64,000 nucleotides of DNA from an uncultured Rivularia sp. (GTDB taxonomy: Bacteria; Cyanobacteriota; Cyanobacteriia; Cyanobacteriales; Nostocaceae): assembly GCA_963665115.1 (NCBI GenBank), contig OY762007.1, positions 2,688,001 through 2,752,000 of the forward strand, read 5' to 3'. Below are positions 56,101-64,000 of this stretch, piece by piece. The translations under genes were made by a program, and so were the position numbers. Numbering within the stretch: the stretch's first letter is position 1; each line of letters opens with the position of its first letter. The notes under the pieces were generated by a model that was not told the DNA's origin, searched no databases, and was given only the letters and a program-made list of their open reading frames with translations.

Positions 56101-56865
56101 TTCTTTTTCTTTAACTTCTTCTAAAGTCTTCTTTGCTTGATTAATTTTTCGATCAAAAGCCGCAACCCCCGCCAACTCATCAACAATTTCGCGTCTTTCG
56201 CGAGCCTTCATCGAAATAATATCGGTAACGTCACCTTGCAAAACAACGTTATAACCTTCAGCGTTTATACGGATATTACTTAACTCTTCCTGTAGCTCGC
56301 TTAAATTAGAAGAGATTCCGTTAATGTAATAACTTGATGAATAAGTACCTTGTTTAGTCACCCTTAATCTACGGGTAACGCTCCATTCTGGCTCGCCAAG
56401 TTTTGCGCGGATTTGCTCCCGACGATTTTTAATTTCCTCGTCTTCCTGCTGTTTTTGGGCTTTTTCTTGGGCTTCCTCTTCCGTTTCTTCTACTTCTACA
56501 AAATCTTCCTCAGTTGTGGTTTCTTCAACTTCTTCTACCTCATCAACCACAACAGTAGAAACAATCGGTTCATCATCAAGTTGATCGGAATCATAATCCG
56601 ATAAATCAAACGTCACCGTAACGCTAGCTTCCACAGTAGCGCGAGCTTTCGTGACTTGGTTGGTATTTACCAAATCCGGGAGCCTGTCAGCACGCATACC
56701 TTTAGAACTAGAAAGCCCCAAACAGAACAGCAGCGCATCAAGAATATTTGATTTTCCCGAACCGTTAGGGCCAGAAATCACCGTAAACTCCGGCAGTAAC
56801 GGTACAGAAGTAGTACCGCCGAAAGACTTGAAATTGGTGAGTTCCACGCGCTTAATATGAACCAT
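53131..56865 (-). CDS. smc: Chromosome segregation protein SMC
   Basis: GPNGSGKSN, hinge GRATFLPL..GAMTGG, MSGGEKS, FDEVD. Confidence 0.98.
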   Translation of the reverse strand: MVHIKRVELTNFKSFGGTTSVPLLPEFTVISGPNGSGKSNILDALLFCLGLSSSKGMRADRLPDLVNTNQVTKARATVEASVTVTFDLSDYDSDQLDDEPIVSTVVVDEVEEVEETTTEEDFVEVEETEEEAQEKAQKQQEDEEIKNRREQIRAKLGEPEWSVTRRLRVTKQGTYSSSYYINGISSNLSELQEELSNIRINAEGYNVVLQGDVTDIISMKARERREIVDELAGVAAFDRKINQAKKTLEEVKEKEDSCRIIETELTTQCERLSQDKAKAEKYQRLRVDFLEKQKWEVVLSWRTLQGHQERLSKQIQDGDRQFTENTEQLGAVNRDIESKQKELEELNAHVKALGEEELLAVQANLATQDAECKQVQRRQSELQAGIAEAGVKIIQTQQEIHQHQDSVSQLTQQKNAETQNSSSLQTQRESLRQNLEKSREMAAEIASASEAWVVQQTNLNRQIETVLQTLEPQRSERAQLRERNSQLQQQIQEQNELVAELEPQLAEKQSQFNQFEVGFNSSVAPIQDLAENLAATEQELEIQQQTQKRLLQEQRDKQRSLDKLEAQAQAQQEAQGTHASKIILQSGLPGVCGLVAELGRVEPNFQLALETAAGGRLGQIVVEDDSVGAAGIQLLKQRRAGRATFLPLNKIRAPRINESGNLRYANGFIDYAVNLIDCEARYDDVFAYVFGNTVVFENINLARNHLGKVRIVTLEGELLETSGAMTGGSVNQRSTLRFGTVEATESEEVKALRNRLIEIERVLLRCNEAIATLSERTKGLATQLTETRQGKREQQLRAEQLQKEVQSLIKRVEDAKNQLTQNTQKLNTAQSRLDILERELPTQEQQLQNFRDELAELEASQTPSEWQQIQATIKSQEQQLQQQDTALRATQETLKNLEVQQQVLQEKIADGVRRVEEYQQQQLNQQNQIDSLKQQEATLTAALTETRQRIQEMEANLGEEKQKRDTVEAELRKLLLRQQQLEWEVQKLQESQQNRREELDRVLAELQTISSELPNPLPEVPENVDLEELQKELKSLSKRLQAMEPVNMLALEQYERTQQRLAELTEKLETLEAERTELLLRIENFTTLRQRAFKEAFDAVNENFKSIFATLSDGDGYLQLDNEEDPFISGLNLVAHPKGKPVQRLASMSGGEKSLTALSFIFALQRYRPSPFYAFDEVDMFLDGANVERLAKMIKQQAELAQFIVVSLRRPMIESAERTIGVTQARGAYTQVLGIKLKTDNTSA

Positions 56866-57048
56866 AGGCGCAGGTTAATTTCTAGGGTTGAACGTTCAAG
56901 TGTACCAGTGAAAGACCCATTAGAGTTAGGGAATTGAAATTATTGAAACACACAATACATCAGATGTAGATACCTATTTAACAAAATATATTGTAGCGAC
57001 ACCCAGAATATACGGGAAATTATATGTATCTTTAAATGAGTTAACAAT

Positions 57049-57135
57049 GTTAGCGTTAGCGGCTAGCGAAGCGTACCTATTTGTATTACGTGTCCGTTGC
57101 CGAAGGGCTATTAGGACATAGCCTGTCCCGTTAGC
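57049..57135 (-). repeat. Multiply nested SDR-like elements
   Basis: GTTAGCG[TTAGCGG[CTAGCGAAGCGTACC..GTATT]ACGTGTCCGT[..]TAGGACAT]AGC.. Confidence 0.7.
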
Positions 57136-57138
57136 GGC

Positions 57139-57631
57139 TAGTACTTGCCCACAATAATTCTGCTGGGTTCCGGGAGTGCGAGCGGGAAAGCTCGCTGATT
57201 GTCACGAGGGAGCGTCTCGCTCCCTGTTGGAAGCTAGCGAGCAAGATGCTCGCACTCCTCGAACCCCGCAGAATTATCGTGGTTGGGTACTAGTAGTCCT
57301 TTTCATTAGTTTTAATGGGTTGTAGAGACGTAGCAGTGCTACGTCTCCCGACGTTAGGTCGAAAACGTACCCCTCAGAATTTATGCAAAGGACTACTAGT
57401 ACTTCACCACATTAATTATGCCGGGTAATCAAAATGTAGTGGGAGCGTCTCGCTCCCTGTTGGAAGCTAGCGAGCAAGATGCTCGCACTCCTCGAACCCC
57501 GCAAAATTATCGTGGTTGGGTACTAGTAGTCCTTTTCATTAGTTTTAATGGGTTGTAGAGACGTAGCAGTGCTACGTCTCCCGACGTTAGGTCGAAAACG
57601 AACCCCTCAGAATTTATGAAAAGGACTACTA
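57139..57631. mobile_element. A-B-A-B array of two MITE types joined at shared TA (CTAG) junctions
   Basis: A: TAGTAC..CCACAATAATTCTGC / GCAGAATTATCGTGG..GTACTA (57139-57292, 57397-57525); B: TAGTAGTCCTTT / AAAGGACTACTA (57291-57398, 57524-57631). Confidence 0.75.
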
Positions 57632-57676
57632 GTAACTGAATAATTGCGAACAGTTTTTGCTTTTTCCACCGCTCAT

Positions 57677-57972
57677 ATGTTCAATCATCCTCTTTTTCAA
57701 GCTTCATGCGGTGCTTTGTTAGCTGCTGCTGTTGGATATTTAATCAATCAGTTACCTGCAATCAAAGCATTTCCTGGTAAAAACACTTTAGTTGTGAAAC
57801 TGACGATTGAAGCTGTTGTCTTGGAAGGAATTTACAGTTTGTAGAATACGACAGAAAACAAAAGCCATGAATTACAAGTTTTGCTTGCAACCGTCTATGC
57901 TTTAACTTTGGTGCTTTTGATTTGGCATACATTCAAACTAATTTGGATGCTCAAAAAAAACCACCGTAGATA
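57677..57972 (+). pseudogene. Possible small membrane protein gene with frameshift(s)
   Basis: MFNHPLFQASCGALLAAAVGYLINQL... ends early; a hydrophobic continuation (LQVLLATVYALTLVLLIW) lies in another frame. Confidence 0.35.
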
Positions 57973-58450
57973 ATAGCAGCAATGATAATACTACAACACA
58001 ATTAAAATCCTCGGACGATTGGCGGCGAGAATTATTAAAAGTAATGAAGATTGATGTCGAAACCCGGTTAAATGACTCGCTTTATGATGGAAAAATAATT
58101 CGCGTAGGTACAGAAGATAGAGAATATTCTGTTGGGAGAAATTCTGTAAATGCTTCGACAAGCAGGTTTTACAGAAGTACCAGGTAAAGAAAGCCAAAGT
58201 AAATAATAATACAAATTAATTTTTAATACTTATGACTAAAGTAATAAATCTAAAATACTTAATATAAAACCCCTACAATATACAAATATTTTCTTCTAAA
58301 ATATAAATAGGTCAAAGTAGATTAATTTCAAAATACCTATATCTTGCATTAGTCGATAAAAACTGATTTCATATTTCAATTGATTTTGCTAGCGAGAAAA
58401 TCACTGCTCGTATTAAATGCAAGATATCAAAAGACAATTTCCCAACAAGT

Positions 58451-58860
58451 TATCAATAAAAGGTGTAAATATGATGAATAAATTGATCAAACGAGCGTTT
58501 TTACCCAGCTTATTAGCTACAGGCATATTTAGCGCGACTTTAATACCAGCACAACCTGCTGCTGCTGACGATTTATTAGAAGATGCGGCGATTGGTGCTG
58601 CTGCTGGGGCTGTTACCGGAATTATTACTAACAACGATTCCGTTCTAACTAACGCTGTAAACGGTGCTGCTGCTGGTGCTGCCGTTAATGCTGCGAATAG
58701 CGGTAGAAGAAAGAGAAGTCGTAATATTCTTCAAGATGTGGGAGCAGGTGCGGCAGGTGGTACCGTCGCAGGTGAAATTACCAACCGCGATAATACTGTT
58801 AGTAACACTATAAATGGTGCTGCTGCGGGTGCGGCGATTCATATTATCAAAGGGAAATAG
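58451..58860 (+). CDS. Secreted glycine/alanine-rich (glycine-zipper-like) protein
   Basis: Signal peptide then repeated GAAAGA motifs; start approximate (ATGs at 58417/58471). Confidence 0.7.
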
Positions 58861-59118
58861 GGCATGGGGGATTGGGCATGGGGGATTGGGCATGGGGAAT
58901 AGGTAATAAGTAATAGGTAATTGGAAGTAAGTTATTTTTCTCCTTGTCTCCCCATCTCCCTCAAATGCCCCATCCCCAATTCCAAATCTTCAATTTGTTT
59001 GCTTTAACTACAGCTTATCTTTCCATAAAACTTCACTTAACCTATCGAACTGCATAGATCGGGTATTCTACTTAATAACGGCGAATCATTTGTTACAGTA
59101 AGCGCTTACCTGAGTAAA

Positions 59119-59772
59119 ATGACCAGACTATTTGATATCTTCTTGGCAGGGGGTTTTATGATGCTTCCTCTGCTAATTTTGTCTGTTATAACGTTGGCTT
59201 ACGCAATGCAGCGCGTTTGGTTTTGGTTGAAGTTAACTGTGCAAGAAAAACAGGTAGTGCAGGATGTGTTAACGGTAGCACAGTACGATTTAGAGAAAGC
59301 AGAAGAAATGGCCAGGGGTGCTGAAGATTTGGCGATGGGGCGTTTTCTTGCTACACCGTTAAAACTAAATAATCCAACTCCAGAGAATTTTTATTTAGCA
59401 GTACAAGCAGCAGCAGATAGGGAATTAGTTGATGTCGGGGGAAATAACAAGCTGTTGGAAAGCGTAGTTGTTATTGCGCCATTGTTGGGTCTTTTGGGTA
59501 CTGCTGGTGGTTTAATTACTACTTTTCTAACTTTGAAAAATGGTGGTGCAGATAGTGCAAATAGTGCTGGAGTCGCAAATTTGATCTTGCAAGCATTGAT
59601 TAGCAGTGCGGCAGGAATAGCGGTAGCTATTTTGGCTTATGTTTGTTTCCGGCTTTTTGTAATATTGCGTGCGCGTCGCGTGGATTATTTTTCTACGGTG
59701 GGTAATCAATTAGAGTTGATTTATTTGCATCTTTGGAGTGATTCGGTTCAAGATGCCAAAATCGGCGAATAA
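59119..59772 (+). CDS. exbB: MotA/TolQ/ExbB proton channel family protein
   Basis: GGFMMLPL, APLLGLLGT, ALISSAAGIAVA; no exbD partner follows. Confidence 0.8.
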   Translation: MTRLFDIFLAGGFMMLPLLILSVITLAYAMQRVWFWLKLTVQEKQVVQDVLTVAQYDLEKAEEMARGAEDLAMGRFLATPLKLNNPTPENFYLAVQAAADRELVDVGGNNKLLESVVVIAPLLGLLGTAGGLITTFLTLKNGGADSANSAGVANLILQALISSAAGIAVAILAYVCFRLFVILRARRVDYFSTVGNQLELIYLHLWSDSVQDAKIGE

Positions 59773-59804
59773 TATGGCGTATCTGCACTATTAAAATATC
59801 CCAT

Positions 59805-60164
59805 GTGACACACTCCCACACTTGCAGCAAGCAGTAAGTGTGGGCTTTTCAGCGACTCCAGCTATTGCTTCGGACGTTAACTGAGCTTTAAGAACGGGAT
59901 GCCCCACCGCCCTATTTTTTATATTCAGATCTGGATTATGCGGCCCTAAGCTACATCCGCAACTAAGACAATTGTGCCAGCGTTCATGCAACCTTTTAGG
60001 AACTTTCACGCCGCAATCAGAGCAATCTTAACTCGTGCCAGACGCTTTAACCGGGATAACCAACAAACCAGCATTTAAGGCTAAAGCCTCGCTCCGCTAA
60101 CGGCTTTGTTTGTTAGTATCGTCAGAAAACTTGACCATCCAGCATCGAGTACAGACTTTGCGAA
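59805..60164 (-). mobile_element. tnpB: IS200/IS605-family tnpB 3' relic with stop codon and 24-nt SDR-like insertion (60077-60100)
   Basis: [21 protein letters not shown][ins]NAGLLVIPVKASGTS*DCSDCGVKVPKRLHERWHNCLSCG..LNIK; terminal GTCAC. Confidence 0.8.
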
Positions 60165-60429
60165 TAAAGTATGAAAAATGATTTTGTTTCAAAAGGTAGG
60201 TCGGTTAGCCTTAGTGAATAAGTTGATCAAACCTGAACCTATATATAAATAACAAAGGAATATTGGCAATTTATTGCTGAATATCTGTTTAATAAACAGG
60301 TATGACTTAATACAGAGAATAAAACCTTTGTCAATGGGTAAGTCCTAGAGGTCAATTGAAACTACATAAGTTCAAAACGTTGATTTCTATTAATTACTAG
60401 TTCAAACCTAAATATAAAGGAAAAAAAGA

Positions 60430-60813
60430 ATGTCTAACGTCTTTAACACAAGACTAACTACTGTAGCGCTTTTAGCATTGACTTCTGTTGCTGGAGCTAT
60501 GCTAACTATTTCAGATGTATCTGCACAATCTCGTAGTTCACGAGGTGGTGTAAAAGACGTAACATTACAAGATAGAGATGGAAATAAAAGACGCTCATTT
60601 AGGAGTAATAACGGTATAGCAGATCTCAGTAAAGTTGGTTTTGACAATAGAGCTGATTTTGTTCAAATTAATGATAGTAAACCCTGGAGGTTCTATACTG
60701 GAAAAAACTTCACAGGTAGATATACTGTGGTCAAACCCCAATCGGCAAGACTTCTTGGTAGGTTTGCTAATAAAGTTTCGTCTTTCTGTTCTGTGCCAAA
60801 ATGTCCTAAGTAG
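60430..60813 (+). CDS. Secreted beta/gamma-crystallin-like protein
   Basis: Signal peptide; DLSKVGFDNRA..WRFYTGKNFTGRY..NKVSS. Confidence 0.65.
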   Translation: MSNVFNTRLTTVALLALTSVAGAMLTISDVSAQSRSSRGGVKDVTLQDRDGNKRRSFRSNNGIADLSKVGFDNRADFVQINDSKPWRFYTGKNFTGRYTVVKPQSARLLGRFANKVSSFCSVPKCPK

Positions 60814-61076
60814 TTAAACATAATTAATTGGCGTAAAGATTTCAATTAATCCTCGATCGTCCGAAACTGATGCTTTGATACAGTGAGTAAAAAAAGGAAA
60901 ACGGTATGGTATACATAGCAAGCGTGCCTTTTAATCCCATTTGTAGATTTGTAGAAACAAAAACCTTTTGACTTCTTACTAGCAAAAGTACAAGAATAAA
61001 GCTGTAATCTAATAGAAAAAAAGACGTTGCATTGCAACGTCTCTAGATTATTATTACCTATAAAATCAATTACAAA

Positions 61077-62892
61077 TTAAGCAGGAAAATCTTTCAAGGC
61101 TAGAATGATTGCCCCTTTACCTTCTTCTGTCGGTACAATAGAAATATATTTGGTAAATTCACCTTTTTTGACTTTATACAAAAACCCAGAAACTTCTCGA
61201 TCGACTTGAGATGTTTCAAAACCTTCTGACTCTAGCTTACTTTTAACAAGTAAAGCTAATTTATCGGGAGTGTTGTTTGTATCTTTCCCGAAGATTTTTT
61301 CTATTTCAGAAGTTGTTGCAAAATCCTTTTCTTCCATCCAACCAAGTTGAGCGTAAAGATTTTGGAATGTTGCATCAAACGTTTGTTCTTCAGTTTTAGG
61401 GTTAGGCTTTTCTGGCTGAGTTTCACTACTCAATCTGTAGCAGTCAACTCGTTGGGAAGATAAAAGAATCATCGTACCCTTTTCTTCAACTGCAAAAAGC
61501 TGCAAATATTGAGTCAGATTTCCTTTGGTAACTTGATAAACCTTTGTATCAGGGCGGTTGGTGAGTTTTTCTACTTGGAAATCTGTACCTGCCAACTTCT
61601 TCTCGAAATAAGCTTGAACTGAATCTAACGGATCGGATGTAACTCTAGTACGTCTATCTATTCTTGCGCTTTTTACTCCACAAAAATTAGGTTTAACGCT
61701 AAGGTAATTGGGAAAGTTCGCAAATGGATCTACGGGACGAGTTTGAGGTTTATTTTCTGTTTCAGATGGAGTTTCTTCTGGATCTAATTTGGGTTCTGTA
61801 TCGGTAGAGTCTGGTTCGGTTACTTCTTCAGATTCATCAATTGGTTCGGATACCGTTACTTCTTCAGGTTCATCAATTGGTTCTGATACCGTTACTTCTT
61901 TAGGTTCATCAATTGGTTCGGATACCGTTACTTCTTCAGGTTCATCAATTGGTTCGGATACCGTTACTTCTTCAGGTTCATCAATTGGTTCGGAAGGTGT
62001 AAAAGCAATCTCTAGCTCCGATTCAGGTTCACCTAAAGGTAAGTCATCGGTTGGAGTTGGTAATTCTTCTGATAAGATATCATCTTCACTTGGGGAAAAA
62101 TCATCAGTAGGTGCTGGTATTTCATTTGTAGCAGCACCTGAATCATCTAAAGAGTCACCTGAAGCTAAATCGGGAATTGCATCTTCTCCATCACCAATTT
62201 CTTCACCGCTGGTTCCTTCTAAATCGCTAATCAAAGGTGTTCCTTTGAGTACTTTTACACTTTTCCCATTTGCTAAGGCATCATCTTCGCACAGTTTCTT
62301 TATTTGGATTAGGAGTTGCATTTTCTCCTTCTGTAATCTCTTCATCTAAAGATTCCCCTACTCCACCTAGAATTTCTTCACTTAAAGCTTCCTCCGCTCC
62401 TTCATCAAGAGCAGCATCTTCACTTAAAGAATCTGCACCTTCACTAAGAGCAGCATCTTCACTTAAAGAATCTGCACCTTCACTAAGAGCAGCATCTTCA
62501 CCTAAAGAATCTGCACCTTCACTAAGAGCAGCATCTTCACCTAAAGAATCTACACCTTCACTAAGAGCAGCATCTTCACTTAAAGAATCTGCACCTTCAT
62601 CAAGAGCAGCATCTTCACTTAAAGAATCTGCACCTTCATCAAGAGCAGCATCTTCACTTAAAGAATCTGCACCTTCATCAAAAGCAGTATCTTCATCGCA
62701 AATATCTTTTGACACTTTTGTTGTGTCTTCATCTAGAGAATTGGCGCTTTTTATTAATTCTCCATCCGCAGAATTAGAAGGTATCGGTACTACAAATAAC
62801 ACACTATGCAATGCTGCTGAAGCAAATAACATCGGTGGAGAAATTTGTCGTAATGGAACGAACAAATTATTCAGAAGATATGACTTAATCAT
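61077..62892 (-). CDS. Acidic repeat-rich membrane-anchored protein; frameshift at ~62290
   Basis: N-terminal anchor PMLFASAALHSVLFVVPIP; 8x13-aa and 5x12-aa acidic repeats; ORFs 62281-62892 and 61077-62345 overlap in different frames. Confidence 0.65.
61815..61995 (-). repeat. 5 x 36-nt coding tandem repeat (SEPIDEPEEVTV)
   Basis: Visible in DNA and translation. Confidence 0.85.
62390..62700 (-). repeat. 8 x 39-nt coding tandem repeat (EDAAL(D/S)EGADSL(S/G))
   Basis: Visible in DNA and translation. Confidence 0.85.
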
Positions 62893-63197
62893 GTATTTGG
62901 CTCTGAGAATCTGGATTACACTTCGGCCAACAAATATTCAATAATAGACAGATGCACAGAGCGAAACCAAACAATTATTTTGCAGCATAAAGCCTGAATT
63001 ATCAAGCTCAGATTTTCATGTTTTATACTTTTTCGCTACTAATTAATAGCTTTCTGTCTATCTATAGTAGCATTTATCGATTAAATTATTGTTTTTTTTG
63101 CTTACAATCGCTAACTTAATACTAGATTATTTCACTACATTTTATATCCATCAAGTATTTTAAATATGTTCTAATAAAATAATAATTAGTATTACCT

Positions 63198-63227
63198 AAA
63201 AACCATATTTTAATCATATTTTAAAGT
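63198..63227 (+). promoter_or_regulatory. Possible Pho (SphR) box upstream of pstS
   Basis: 11-bp periodic AAAAACCA-tat-TTTAATCA-tat-TTTAAAGT, partly matching PyTTAAPyPy(T/A). Confidence 0.4.
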
Positions 63228-63323
63228 TTTATTGCTGCCTTCTTTAACAGTTCTTAACTGGTAAAAGGGTAGGGTATTTGTGGTAGGAGCCTCGCGTAGA
63301 ACATCCCCACAAATCGAGACACT

Positions 63324-64000
63324 ATGAATTTTAAAGCTACCTCATTGAATCGAATCGTAACTTCTTCTGTTGCTGCTGTTGCAGTTGTATTGAGTCCTGT
63401 TTTTGCAGCAGTTGCTCAAGCTGAAACTTTAGTAGGTGCGGGTGCTAGTTTCCCTGCTCCTTTGTATCAGAGATATGCTCGTGAAGTTCGTAAGACACAC
63501 AAAAACTTACGAGTAAACTACACAGCTTGTGGTTCTAGCTGCGGTATCCGCAACTTTGTAAAAGGAACCGTTGATTTCGGCGGTAGTGACGCGGCGATGA
63601 AAGATTCAGAAATCGCTAAAGTAAGCCGTGGCACAATCTTGGTACCTACCGCAGGTGGTGCTGTTTCCGTTGTTTATAATTTGCCTGGTGTTAGCAATCT
63701 TAAGTTGTCCCGTCGAGTTCTACCTTTGATTTTCGCTGGTAGAATCACCAAATGGAACGACGCAAGAATCAGAAAGGACAACCCCGGTGTTAGATTGCCT
63801 AACCGCAGAATTACACCTGTTGTTCGTGCAGATGGTTCCGGTACAACCTTCATCTTCACCAACCACCTTTCCACCATCAGCGGCTACTTCAAAGGAAGAG
63901 TTGGTACTTCCAAGAAGCCAAGATGGCCTGTAAGAGGAGCTAGAAAGGGTAAAGGTAACTCTGGTGTAGCTGCTTTGGTTAAGCGTACCTCCGGTGGTAT
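63324..64000 (+). CDS. pstS: Phosphate ABC transporter substrate-binding protein PstS (runs off window edge)
   Basis: Manual translation: signal peptide, GAGASFPAPLYQRY, TVDFGGSDA, VVRADGSGTTFIFT, GKGNSGVAA. Confidence 0.93.
   Translation, partial: MNFKATSLNRIVTSSVAAVAVVLSPVFAAVAQAETLVGAGASFPAPLYQRYAREVRKTHKNLRVNYTACGSSCGIRNFVKGTVDFGGSDAAMKDSEIAKVSRGTILVPTAGGAVSVVYNLPGVSNLKLSRRVLPLIFAGRITKWNDARIRKDNPGVRLPNRRITPVVRADGSGTTFIFTNHLSTISGYFKGRVGTSKKPRWPVRGARKGKGNSGVAALVKRTSGG

Noticed and set aside
57139..57631. Possible CRISPR array
   Set aside because: Only two long units built from TIR elements; no repeat-spacer periodicity and no cas genes
61789..62944. Ser-rich plus-strand ORFs, and the repeats as a possible CRISPR array
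   Set aside because: Antisense of the acidic repeat gene; repeats are contiguous, in frame and have no unique spacers

Overview
Low-GC chromosomal window from a filamentous, probably Nostocales/Rivulariaceae-type cyanobacterium, based on psbA, the ndhF3-ndhD3-cupA cluster, many HIP1 GCGATCGC sites and heptameric STRR arrays. Core genes (thyX, aroA, speB, ilvA, psbA, comM, smc, pstS) are interspersed with accessory or defence-like genes: a tandem-DUF262+HNH nuclease, a BrnT toxin-antitoxin pair, a probable Zorya-like remnant, Uma2 and DUF559 nucleases, a tnpB relic and MITEs. The most striking region is a ~1.55 kb tRNA array (22035-23578) with 14 recognisable tRNA genes plus 2 degenerate Ser-like genes, behind a promoter overlaid by TGTAGTA repeats. 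Four of these genes carry 26-48 nt insertions of a tiny 'variable hairpin + CGCTCCGCTAA' element exactly at the TTC of the T-loop, and tRNA-Phe carries a second, antisense copy in its GAA anticodon. The same element, with the same junction rule (it takes the place of the T just 5' of a C), also sits in the tnpB relic and in nested piles at ~6.9 kb and ~57 kb. Several single-base homopolymer frameshifts in otherwise intact genes are probably sequencing errors. All product calls come from motif recognition; no database search was run.
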